Source: Candidatus Magasanikiibacteriota bacterium (GTDB taxonomy: Bacteria; Patescibacteriota; Patescibacteriia; Magasanikbacterales; GWA2-37-8). From it: a stretch of 64,000 nt of DNA. Made by a program: the position numbers and the translations under genes. The notes under the pieces are model-generated. The model was not told the origin of the DNA, did no database searches, and saw nothing but the letters and a program-made list of their open reading frames with translations. Positions 55,524 to 64,000 of this stretch are shown piece after piece (the first letter of the stretch is position 1; each line of letters begins with the position of its first letter). The stretch lies in the NCBI GenBank assembly GCA_036744835.1, contig DAIOHD010000001.1:335860-399859 (forward strand), read 5' to 3'.

Positions 55524-56174
55524 TTAGAAGTTATTGGTGTATTCCAATAGTAAACCCATCATAACTTTTTTTACTGCTGGATGAGAATTGTACATTATTT
55601 CTTTTTTTATCTCTTTATTACGAAAAAAAGATATGATTTCTTTTTCAATCTCCAATTTATGCCAAGAAGGCATTTTGCTGAGTGTTTCTGATAAGTCTTC
55701 AGTTATAGATAATATAGCAGGGATATTTTCACTACTTCCCAAAGCAGAAAAAAGATCATAACCACCGCGTAAAGTTTTTGGCGCAAAATGGCTAGGCACG
55801 AAAGTTCCATATTTATTAAAACCCAACAAATATCCTTTTTCTTTATTTCCAAAACAAAGAGAGGCTTCGATATTTCCATCTTGAAAAAAATGACCGATGA
55901 AAGATTCTTTGGAAAGTGGTTCTCGGTCACGTCTTTGCATCGCTTCAGAATACCATGTATAAACTTCGTCAGCAGAAACATCGTCCAATATTTTATCTGT
56001 ATTAATTAATTCAAAATCATGACCGTTAAATCTCTCTTTAATAAGTAAATCTTCAGTCACTTCCAGTGTTTTATCCATCTCCTCTATTTTTTTATTATAT
56101 TCTTCCACGCCCATTTCTATTTCTTCTTTAATTTGTTTTGGGTCGGGTTTATTCCAATTATTTTCATTGTACAT
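55524..56174 (-). CDS. Hypothetical cytoplasmic protein
   Basis: 216 aa, no motif recognised; acidic N-terminus. Confidence 0.45.
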   Translation of the reverse strand: MYNENNWNKPDPKQIKEEIEMGVEEYNKKIEEMDKTLEVTEDLLIKERFNGHDFELINTDKILDDVSADEVYTWYSEAMQRRDREPLSKESFIGHFFQDGNIEASLCFGNKEKGYLLGFNKYGTFVPSHFAPKTLRGGYDLFSALGSSENIPAILSITEDLSETLSKMPSWHKLEIEKEIISFFRNKEIKKEIMYNSHPAVKKVMMGLLLEYTNNF

Positions 56175-56273
56175 ATATTTTTTTTAATTTTACTTTTTTC
56201 TAGAATATTATAAATACGAACAAAAGTCAATTTAAGTTAGATTATTGTAAAAGCTAAAATAAGCCGGTTTTGT

Positions 56274-56320
56274 CACCCCCGCGAATCCGCCTTCGCCAGT
56301 TGGCGAATGGCGGGAGGGGA
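56274..56320. repeat. GC-rich nested-hairpin element (E4)
   Basis: CACCCCCGCGAAT ccgcc [ttcgcc-agtt-ggcgaa] t ggcgg GAGGGGA. Confidence 0.55.
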
Positions 56321-56383
56321 TCCAGTGTCTAATTTCTGAAATTTTTTCAATTTCTGCAATCTTTATAATTTTTATTTTGGTTG

Positions 56384-56412
56384 TTGAATTTTTTAGGGAA
56401 AAGTAGTAAAAT
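56384..56412 (+). promoter_or_regulatory. Repeated promoter copy C (TTGAAT-17-TAAAAT)
   Basis: ttgaattttttagggaaaagtagtaaaat. Confidence 0.6.
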
Positions 56413-56418
56413 TTCATC

Positions 56419-57252
56419 ATGAAAAAACTTTATATTTCCATCATATTTCTACTATTTCTATCCGGTTGTACTTCTGAGATTGCGCAAAATAGTAAAGTAG
56501 AAATCAAAACCGAAAATCAAACCGTCACTGCGGTTGTTTCTTCTACCACAAATATAAAAATAAACGATGATTTTGATGATATAAAAACAGAAATTTTTGT
56601 TACTACCAATACCCCTACAAATTCAGAAAAAACTTTTTTGGTGACACGAGTTATTGACGGCGACACTATCGAGATAGAAGGCGGGCAAAAAGTGCGCTAT
56701 ATCGGTATAGACACTCCGGAAACTGTAGATCCGCGCAAACCCGTGCAATGTTTTGGCAAAGAAGCTTCCGCCAAAAACAAAGAATTGGTGGAAGGCAAAA
56801 AAGTGCGTTTGGAAAAAGATATCACAGACACTGATAAATACGGGCGCTTGTTGCGATACGTTTACATCGGCGATATTTTTGTAAATCTGGAATTGGTCAA
56901 ACAAGGTTACGCCTCCTCATATTCTTATCCGCCGGATATCAAATTTCAAAATGTATTTTTGCAAGCCCAGCAAGAAGCGCAAGCCAAGGATCTAGGTTTT
57001 TGGTCAGCTTGTGAAGAAAATAATATCCCCGAAATATCTACCCCTGCCATAAATACTACAACAAACAACAACAGCCCGACGGATTGTAAAATAAAAGGAA
57101 ATATCAGTTCAAAAGAAGAAAAAATTTACCATCTTATAGGGTGTGATAGTTACGATCTTACAAAAATAGATGAGGCTAGGGGAGAGAGATGGTTTTGCAC
57201 GGAAGAGGAAGCGGTGATGGCGGGGTGGAGAAAAGCATTAAATTGTCCGTAA
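56419..57252 (+). CDS. Secreted lipoprotein thermonuclease (SNase-like) with C-terminal CxxxC/YHxxGC domain
   Basis: Lipobox FLLFLSGCTS; VTRVIDGDTIEIEGGQKVRYIGIDTPE...GRLLRYVY SNase core; C-terminal KIYHLIGCDSYDLTK...FCTEEEAVMAGWRKA. Confidence 0.85.
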   Translation: MKKLYISIIFLLFLSGCTSEIAQNSKVEIKTENQTVTAVVSSTTNIKINDDFDDIKTEIFVTTNTPTNSEKTFLVTRVIDGDTIEIEGGQKVRYIGIDTPETVDPRKPVQCFGKEASAKNKELVEGKKVRLEKDITDTDKYGRLLRYVYIGDIFVNLELVKQGYASSYSYPPDIKFQNVFLQAQQEAQAKDLGFWSACEENNIPEISTPAINTTTNNNSPTDCKIKGNISSKEEKIYHLIGCDSYDLTKIDEARGERWFCTEEEAVMAGWRKALNCP

Positions 57253-57271
57253 AAATAATATTCTGTATTTT

Positions 57272-57362
57272 AAACACTTCACCCTAGGTTGAAGTGTTTT
57301 ATTTTTGCTTTATTTTAGCAAAAATTTGGTTTATTGAATTTTTTAGGGAAAAGGAGTAAAAT
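57272..57362 (+). promoter_or_regulatory. Repeated module copy B: terminator hairpin + palindrome + promoter TTGAAT-17-TAAAAT
   Basis: aaacacttc-accctaggtt-gaagtgttttatttttgctttattttagcaaaaatt...ttgaattttttagggaaaaggagtaaaat. Confidence 0.65.
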
Positions 57363-57397
57363 AAAGGCATTAAAAACAATATAAACTTTTCTATAAT

Positions 57398-59113
57398 ATG
57401 GAAAATATTTTTGAAAAATTAGTGGCTTTGCTCAAAAAAGATGAGCGGTTAAAATCTCAAGAAAATACCTTGTTAAAAAACAAAGCTCAAGAATTGGCTC
57501 GAGGCAATGATTTGGAATTAATCAAACTTTTGTTATCTGATAAGACTATTAAGCAAAACTTTTTTTATAAAGTAGATGAAGCTTTGATTTTTGATAAAGA
57601 AAAGTTTATTCGTTTTATTTCCAATAAACAATTTTTGCCGGATTCTTACACTGCTTTCAAAAATAAAATTGGTTTGACTGTTGGTGATGAGTATTTGAGC
57701 GAAAATAAAGATGTTGTTTTGGTTTGGCCGTATAAAGATTGTATTTTGGAAGGTGGAATGACCAAAGAAGATCAAAAAAGAGATGAGATATTTTACAATG
57801 AAACACTTGCACCGGATCAAATAACAAAATTATTAGATCCAAAGGTTTTTACTAATTTCAAAAGATTTGATGCAAAAGGCGAACACAAACTTGAGGGTTT
57901 TAAACGGGATGAAAAAGGGAATATAAAAGATAATTTAATTATTAAAGGCAACAATTTACTTGCCCTTGCTTCGCTTAAAAAAGAATTTGCCGGAAAAGTA
58001 AAATTGATTTACATTGATCCGCCATATAATACAGGTTCAAATAGTTTTGGATATAATGACAGTTTTAATCATTCAGCATGGATGGTTTTTATGAGAAATA
58101 GATTAGAAATTGCAAAAGATTTATTAAATGATGACGGAAGTATTTATATACAATTGGATTACAATGAAGCTCATTATGGCAAAATTTTGATGGATGAAAT
58201 TTTTGGCCGAAATAATTTTCAGCGTGAGATTATTTGGAAATTAGGCGGTTTAGCTGGTTATAAAAGCTTAGCAAATAATTTTATTCGAGGACATGAGACT
58301 ATACTTTTTTATACAAAATCATCAAATTTTAATTTTAATAAAATTTATTTGCCTTATAATGAAGGACAGCTAAAAAGATTTTCCAGCGTTGATGAAGAAG
58401 GCAGAAAATATAAAATTATCACAAAAGATAAAAAATTATATTTAGACACAGCCAAAGGTGTTCCTATTTCAGATTTATGGGATGATATCGCCAGTTTTCA
58501 AACCGTTGTTAATTCGCCAGAAATTATGGATTTTGATGGACAAAAACCTGAAAAATTATTACAACGTATCATTGAATCTTCTAGTAATAAAGGAGATTTG
58601 GTTTTAGATTATCATGCAGGTACGGGTACAACATTGGCTGTAGCTCATAAATTAAATCGTCAATATATCGGGGTTGAACAAATGGAATACATTCACGATT
58701 TACCAGAATCTCGTTTGAAGCGAGTGGTTACAGGAGAACAAGGGGGAATTTCAAAAGTAGTTAATTGGAAAGGTGGAGGAGAGTTTGTTTATTTGGAACT
58801 TGCGGAATTAAATCAAAAATGGGTAAAAGAAGTTAGAGAAGCAAAAACTGAAAAAGAATTATCTAAAATTTGGGAAGAAATGAAAGAAACTGCCTTTTTG
58901 AATCATAAAATAAGTCCAGAAAGTATTGATGCAAACATAAAAGAATTTGCGGATTTGAGTTTAGAAAACAAGAAGAAATTTTTGATTGAATGTTTGGATA
59001 AAAATCAGCTTTATGTAAATTTGAGTGAGATAGGGGATAAGGAGAATAAAATAAGTGAAGGAGATAAAAGGTTAAATAATGAATTTTATCAAAAAAGATA
59101 TGAAATTAAATAA
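57398..59113 (+). CDS. Type III restriction-modification Mod subunit (beta-class N6-adenine DNA methyltransferase)
   Basis: KLIYIDPPYNTGSNSFGYNDSF (motif IV DPPY) precedes DYHAGTGTTLAVAHKLNRQYIGVEQ (motif I), i.e. beta-class order. GKILMDEIFGRNNFQREIIW is typical of type III Mod. Confidence 0.85.
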   Translation: MENIFEKLVALLKKDERLKSQENTLLKNKAQELARGNDLELIKLLLSDKTIKQNFFYKVDEALIFDKEKFIRFISNKQFLPDSYTAFKNKIGLTVGDEYLSENKDVVLVWPYKDCILEGGMTKEDQKRDEIFYNETLAPDQITKLLDPKVFTNFKRFDAKGEHKLEGFKRDEKGNIKDNLIIKGNNLLALASLKKEFAGKVKLIYIDPPYNTGSNSFGYNDSFNHSAWMVFMRNRLEIAKDLLNDDGSIYIQLDYNEAHYGKILMDEIFGRNNFQREIIWKLGGLAGYKSLANNFIRGHETILFYTKSSNFNFNKIYLPYNEGQLKRFSSVDEEGRKYKIITKDKKLYLDTAKGVPISDLWDDIASFQTVVNSPEIMDFDGQKPEKLLQRIIESSSNKGDLVLDYHAGTGTTLAVAHKLNRQYIGVEQMEYIHDLPESRLKRVVTGEQGGISKVVNWKGGGEFVYLELAELNQKWVKEVREAKTEKELSKIWEEMKETAFLNHKISPESIDANIKEFADLSLENKKKFLIECLDKNQLYVNLSEIGDKENKISEGDKRLNNEFYQKRYEIK

Positions 59114-60860
59114 AGTCGGAATAAAGAATTTTCGTTCTATAGTAAATATTAATCTAGTTATCGAAGGAGATATAACTACTTTGGTTGGGGCAAACGAACA
59201 CGGAAAATCTAATATTTTAGCGGCCATATCATTTCTTAATCCAACATATGTTTTTGATATTAAAAAAGACAAAAGAATTGATGGTAATGCAATAAAATAT
59301 TGTCCATCAATAAAATTTTCTCTTACCCTTAGTTTAGCCGAACGTAAACAAATTCAAGAATTAATTCAAAGCAAATATCCGCCCGTTATAATTAAAAATG
59401 AAGATGGAGTTTCTTCCGAGGGCAAACCAGAAAAAGAAATAAAATTAAAAGACATACCAGAAAACATAGATTATGAGCGTTTTGTTGGTGAAGAAGATGA
59501 TAAATCTTATTATAGAATAAATACCAATGATGAAGATGTTTTAACAGAAGTTTATAAATTTATTTCTCAAGAATTTGGTACAAAAATAATTTATTTTGAT
59601 GAGTTTAATGACAGGTTAGAATCTATAATTTCAAAAGTCGATATTGAAGACACGGAACGAAATCCCATAATACAGGGTCTTTTAAAAGTTTGTGATTTAG
59701 AAGGTAAGGAAAAGCAAATTTTTACTGATGATATAGGCATGAGACAGCTTTTAGATAAAGCACCAGAAAAAATTACTAAAGCTGTTAAAGAAGCTTGGTA
59801 TCAAGGGTTGCAAGATGATATAAATATAAAAATAATTCGGGATTCAAAAGGTGAAAATTTACTTATTGATATTGAAGATAAAAATACCTATATCGATTTT
59901 AAAGCAAGAAGTCGTGGTTTTAAATGGTTTTTTTCTTTTTTTCTTAAATATCGTGCTTATCACGACGGAGAATTAAAAAATTCAATTTTTCTTATAGATG
60001 AGCCGGGATTGTTTTTACATCCAAAAGGCCAAAAAGATTTACTTCAATATTTAGAAAAATTAGGTAAATCAAACCAAATAATTTATTCTACACATTCGCC
60101 GTTCATGATTAACCGACTTAAAGAAAAAAGAGTCCGGGTTGTTGAAAAAAAACAAAAAGAAGGCACGACCATTAATACAAAAGGATTCACCGCAAATTGG
60201 CGACACATGCGAACTTCTTTAGGGATGGTACTTTCAGATAGTTTTTATTTTGCAGATAAAACATTAATAGTAGAAGGTCCGGAAGATAAAATTTATATAT
60301 TAGCTTTGTTACAATATTTTATAAAAAAAGAAAATTTAGATGTTGATGTAAACATGCTGTCTATTATGGATTCTGGGGGAGCAGCAAATTTACCTGCGAT
60401 GGCCAGAATCGTAAAGGATGAGGAACGGCCATTAATTGTTTTAATTGATAGCGACAGTATTTCAGTACTAAATAAATTAAAAAAATATATTAACGATAAA
60501 GAATGTAAAGAAATAAAGGAATTTAATTCTAATGCTGCAACAATCCAAGATTTACTTCCCAAAAAATATTATGAAAAAGCTGTTAATAATTATATCCAAC
60601 GTCTTAAAAATGACGGTCTTATAGTTTTATCAGAGGGGTGTAAAGAAGATTATAAAATTAAAGAAAAATTTAAAATAGATAAAGAAGTTGAAGATTTTGT
60701 GAAGACAAATTTTAACGAAGAAAGTATTTCTAAGGTAGGCATAGCCAGAGAGTTCGAAGAATTGTTAAATACAAAAGCATTTAATAGTACTGAAAATGAT
60801 TTTGAGAATTCTAAAAAATTAATAGAATGGGTAATCAAAACTTTAGAATTAAAAGTCTAA
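59079..60860 (+). CDS. OLD-family nuclease (N-terminal ABC/AAA ATPase + C-terminal TOPRIM)
   Basis: KVGIKNFRSI...TTLVGANEHGKSNILAAISFL (Walker A/P-loop of OLD/AAA_15-21), FLIDEPGLFLHP (Walker B/D-loop region), and C-terminal TLIVEGPEDKIYILALL (TOPRIM VEG-x2-D). Overlaps the Mod stop by 35 nt; alternative start ATG 59100. Confidence 0.8.
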   Translation: MNFIKKDMKLNKVGIKNFRSIVNINLVIEGDITTLVGANEHGKSNILAAISFLNPTYVFDIKKDKRIDGNAIKYCPSIKFSLTLSLAERKQIQELIQSKYPPVIIKNEDGVSSEGKPEKEIKLKDIPENIDYERFVGEEDDKSYYRINTNDEDVLTEVYKFISQEFGTKIIYFDEFNDRLESIISKVDIEDTERNPIIQGLLKVCDLEGKEKQIFTDDIGMRQLLDKAPEKITKAVKEAWYQGLQDDINIKIIRDSKGENLLIDIEDKNTYIDFKARSRGFKWFFSFFLKYRAYHDGELKNSIFLIDEPGLFLHPKGQKDLLQYLEKLGKSNQIIYSTHSPFMINRLKEKRVRVVEKKQKEGTTINTKGFTANWRHMRTSLGMVLSDSFYFADKTLIVEGPEDKIYILALLQYFIKKENLDVDVNMLSIMDSGGAANLPAMARIVKDEERPLIVLIDSDSISVLNKLKKYINDKECKEIKEFNSNAATIQDLLPKKYYEKAVNNYIQRLKNDGLIVLSEGCKEDYKIKEKFKIDKEVEDFVKTNFNEESISKVGIAREFEELLNTKAFNSTENDFENSKKLIEWVIKTLELKV

Positions 60861-63547
60861 TTATGCTCTATACAGAATTTGATATATACAAAAATTTCGC
60901 CGGACTGGAAGTTTTTAAAAATAAAGTTATTGAAAAAGCTGAAATTTTAAGAAGTCTCAACCCAAATTTTTTAGCACGCGAATACCAAAAAGAAGCTTTG
61001 GGGCGGTTTTATTATTATTGTGAAGAATATCATAATAAACAAAAACCGATTCATCTTTTGTTTAATATGGCCACTGGTTCCGGAAAAACCATGATCATGG
61101 CGGCCAACATTTTGTATTTATATCAAAAAGGTTATCGTAATTTTATATTTTTTACTCGCCTCGGTAATATTATCCAAAAAACAAAAGATAATTTTTTAAA
61201 TTCAGAATCAAAAAAGTATTTATTTGCGAATAAAATTATTTTGGATAGTAAGGAAATAAAAGTCAAAGAAGTGGAAAATTTTGAGGGTGTAAATAATGAC
61301 GATATAAATATTTGTTTTGCGACTATCGGAAAATTGCATCGCCGTTTTAATAGTTCGGTTGAAAATTCAGTAACTTTTGAAGACTTTGAAGATAAAAAAG
61401 TTGTGTTGATTGCTGATGAAGCGCATAATTTTTCCGCGGAAACAAGAAAGACAAAATACACAAAAGAAGAATTAGAAGATAGAAATAGTTGGGAAAAAAC
61501 TGTAATGGGAATATTGAATGCCAACAAAGAAAAAGAAAATGTTTTATTGGAATTTACAGCTACTGCTAGATTAGAACAAGAATATCCGGAAATGTTGGAA
61601 AAATATAAAGACAAAGCTATTTTCCGTTATGATCTTAAAGAATATCGTCTCGATGGTTTTTCCAAAGATGTTCGAACTATTTCTATTGATGCTCCAGTTT
61701 TACAAAGAGCTTTGACTGCTGTGATTATTTCACAATATCGTCGTAAAATAGCAGAAAAAAATAAAATAGCACTCAAGCCGGTTGTTTTATTCAAAGCCAA
61801 TAGAGTAACTCCGCCAAAAGATGAAAAAGAAACAAAAGGAGAAAATCCTCAAGTTGTTGTTTCTGGGGAATTTAAAGAAAAATTTCATAAATTAATTTCG
61901 GAATTGAAAGTTAGTGATTTAAAAGAATTAAAAAAGTTGGATGATAAAATATTGCAACAAGCTTTTGGTTTTTTTGATGAACAAAAAATCAATTTATCTG
62001 ATTTGGTTGATGAAATTAAAAATGATTTTGCGACTGAAAAATGTTTGACTGTGGATGATGATAAAGATATAGAGAAAAAACAAATATTATTAAATTCTTT
62101 GGAAGATAACAATAATGAAATTCGCGCAATTTTTGCCACGGAAAAATTGAATGAGGGTTGGGATGTCCTCAATTTGTTTGATATTGTTCGTCTTTATGAT
62201 AGCCGTGATGCGCGCGAGAACAGACCGGGTAAAACAACAGTAGCCGAAGCCCAATTAATTGGTAGAGGGGCGAGGTATTATCCTTTTGTCGTAAATGGTT
62301 TGAATGATTTGTATCGTCGTAAATTTGATACAGATGCGCAAAATGAACTGCGAATATTGGAACAGCTTTTTTATTATAGTGCTAATAATCCTCGTTATAT
62401 TCAAGAATTGACTAATGTTTTGGTAAAAGAGGGAATTATAGCTTCAAACAAAATAGAGCGAGAGATAAAAATAAAAGATGAGTTTAAAGAAAAAGATCTT
62501 TGGAAAAAAGGCATGATATTTTTAAATAGCCGAAAAGAAAATATTGGTGAACATATAAATAGTTTGGCGGATGCACAAATTCATTTTGATTTTAACGCAG
62601 AGTGGAATATCTACAAATTATCCAGTGGCGATGTTTCAGAAAAGGATATTTTTACAGGCGAACAAACAAAATCAAAACAGGTTACAAAAGAAATAAGAGA
62701 ATTTAAATTGATTGATTTTGGGCAAAATGTGATAAGAAGTGCTATGGATAGAATCCCGGCTTTTAGTTTTGATCGACTTTCTAGAATTTTTGGTAATTTA
62801 CAATCTGTAAAAGAATTTGTAAATAAAAAAGATTATTTGGGAGATATAAGAGTAAAAATAGAAGGTACACCAGAACAATTGGATAATTTGAGTCAAGACC
62901 AAAAATTAAAAGTTTCCATTTTTGTGCTTGGTAGAATTTTACAAGAAATGGATAAACACAAAAGTGAATTTATTGGTGAAAAATTATTTAAAGCCCATAA
63001 ACTTTCTGATGTTTTTGTTGATAAAAAATTACAACTTGACAATGATAGTAATCGCGCACAAGAAATGCGAGATTTAATTTTGAAAGACAAAAAATGGTTT
63101 GCACAAAATGAAATTTGGGGAACAAGCGAAGAAGAATCATTTATTAAATTTTTTGATGTAGTTGCTAATGAATTAGAGAAGAAATATAGTGAAATTGGTT
63201 TGCTCCGCAATGAACAACATTTTAAAATTTATAGTTTTGACGAAGGATTAGCGTTTTCTCCGGATTTTGTATTATTTTTAAAAGAAAAGAAAACTAAGCA
63301 AGAAGTTGTTTATCAAGTATTTATTGAACCAAAAGGTGATCAATTTTTAGACAAAGATAATACTTTTGAACAGTCACAAGAAGGCTGGAAGCAAAAGTTT
63401 TTGTTAGATATTGAGAAGAATTACAAAGTTGATTTGAAAATGGAAAATAAAGATTTTAGATTAATTGGTTTACCTTTTTATAATGAGGGGAATAAAAATC
63501 CGAAGTTGAAAGAAAAGTTTGAAGAGGGGTTTAAAGAGAAAATATGA
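60827..63547 (+). CDS. Type III restriction enzyme Res subunit (SF2 DEAH helicase + C-terminal PD-(D/E)xK nuclease)
   Basis: MATGSGKTMIMAANILYL (motif I), VVLIADEAHNF (DEAH), AEAQLIGRGARY (motif VI), and C-terminal VYQVFIEPKGDQF (E-x-K). Overlaps the OLD gene by 34 nt; alternative start ATG 60863, 2 nt after the OLD stop. Confidence 0.8.
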   Translation: MGNQNFRIKSLIMLYTEFDIYKNFAGLEVFKNKVIEKAEILRSLNPNFLAREYQKEALGRFYYYCEEYHNKQKPIHLLFNMATGSGKTMIMAANILYLYQKGYRNFIFFTRLGNIIQKTKDNFLNSESKKYLFANKIILDSKEIKVKEVENFEGVNNDDINICFATIGKLHRRFNSSVENSVTFEDFEDKKVVLIADEAHNFSAETRKTKYTKEELEDRNSWEKTVMGILNANKEKENVLLEFTATARLEQEYPEMLEKYKDKAIFRYDLKEYRLDGFSKDVRTISIDAPVLQRALTAVIISQYRRKIAEKNKIALKPVVLFKANRVTPPKDEKETKGENPQVVVSGEFKEKFHKLISELKVSDLKELKKLDDKILQQAFGFFDEQKINLSDLVDEIKNDFATEKCLTVDDDKDIEKKQILLNSLEDNNNEIRAIFATEKLNEGWDVLNLFDIVRLYDSRDARENRPGKTTVAEAQLIGRGARYYPFVVNGLNDLYRRKFDTDAQNELRILEQLFYYSANNPRYIQELTNVLVKEGIIASNKIEREIKIKDEFKEKDLWKKGMIFLNSRKENIGEHINSLADAQIHFDFNAEWNIYKLSSGDVSEKDIFTGEQTKSKQVTKEIREFKLIDFGQNVIRSAMDRIPAFSFDRLSRIFGNLQSVKEFVNKKDYLGDIRVKIEGTPEQLDNLSQDQKLKVSIFVLGRILQEMDKHKSEFIGEKLFKAHKLSDVFVDKKLQLDNDSNRAQEMRDLILKDKKWFAQNEIWGTSEEESFIKFFDVVANELEKKYSEIGLLRNEQHFKIYSFDEGLAFSPDFVLFLKEKKTKQEVVYQVFIEPKGDQFLDKDNTFEQSQEGWKQKFLLDIEKNYKVDLKMENKDFRLIGLPFYNEGNKNPKLKEKFEEGFKEKI

Positions 63548-64000
63548 TAGATAATAATGAGTTAAAAAAAGAATTTGAAGATCAATTAGAGTTGTTAGAT
63601 GCTTTAACTAGGGTTTATGATAAAAATGAGTTTGTAGTTTCTAAATCAATCGCTACTACTATTCGTGTTTTATTACACAATACAAAAAATTCCCATTCAT
63701 TAATAGAGCAAATTGGTTTTATTAATGAAAAATTTTTTGATTCATCTTCATCCTTTTCTTTAAAAGAAAAGGATATTCAAAGATTTGGTAGTTTTTGTGG
63801 TTTGGTGGGAATTTCTACAGGAATAAATAATACTAATAATATTTATATTCCTTATCTTGACAGTGTGCCAGAAAAAAGTTTTGGTTATACAAATTTCGAC
63901 GAATATTGGGAAAGGATAATTTTTATAGATAAATACAATAATAAATTTTCTAGAAAAGATATTATTTTAAATGTTGCTAATAAAGGTGGTGGGGCACATG
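63544..64000 (+). CDS. Partial CDS of unknown function, translationally coupled to Res (ATGA overlap)
   Basis: ATG 63544 overlaps the Res TGA; open to the window end (>152 aa: MIDNNELKKEFEDQLELLDALTRVYDKNEFVV...NKGGGAH). Confidence 0.5.
   Translation, partial: MIDNNELKKEFEDQLELLDALTRVYDKNEFVVSKSIATTIRVLLHNTKNSHSLIEQIGFINEKFFDSSSSFSLKEKDIQRFGSFCGLVGISTGINNTNNIYIPYLDSVPEKSFGYTNFDEYWERIIFIDKYNNKFSRKDIILNVANKGGGAH

Noticed and set aside
55322-55564. ORF 55322..55564 (+), 80 aa
   Set aside because: Runs across the GC-rich intergenic structure and into the convergent gene's 3' end; no start signals.

Overview
The window is AT-rich (about 30% GC by eye), densely packed with genes, and has short intergenic regions. 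I saw no rRNA, tRNA or CRISPR array; the translation table looks standard. The overall impression is a small streamlined, CPR/Patescibacteria-like bacterial genome.

**Core content.** murB, hpf, an LtaS-like sulfatase, a transketolase-family enzyme, rlmN, recJ, lepA, murJ, a beta-CASP RNase, recR, ybaB, dnaB and metK (preceded by a SAM-riboswitch-like leader with a terminator/antiterminator pair). A reduced dcw-type block is present (mraZ-rsmH-ftsL-like ... ftsW-like); in place of ftsI/mur genes it carries an unusual membrane-anchored, Zn-ribbon-bearing ClpC-like ATPase with a degenerate first ATPase domain.

**Envelope polysaccharide loci.**
- About 7.9–16 kb: priming sugar transferase, a secreted S8 peptidase, an NDP-sugar epimerase/dehydratase, a GT2, a GT4, a methyltransferase and a truncated GT4 N-terminal-domain protein.
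- About 33–42 kb: rmlB, a FdtA-like ketoisomerase, rmlD, PGI/PMI, four GT2s and an rmlA-like gene. This locus is interrupted by a strikingly high-GC 152-aa ORF with its own promoter and terminator.

**3' end (about 48–64 kb).** This looks like an accessory/defence island:
- several stand-alone, elevated-GC transcription units (divergent ThyX-like protein, Rel/SpoT-type HD hydrolase, HD protein, Cys-rich lipoprotein, tiny hydrophobic peptides);
- GIY-YIG, DUF3800 and a secreted thermonuclease;
- a tightly overlapping operon of type III Mod – OLD-family (ABC ATPase + TOPRIM) nuclease – type III Res – unknown ORF, flanked by repeated terminator+promoter modules.

**Repeated non-coding elements.** A family of GC-rich, nested-hairpin intergenic elements recurs (CACCCCG...CGGGG outer stem around two inner GC hairpins), as do several short tandem-repeat motifs.
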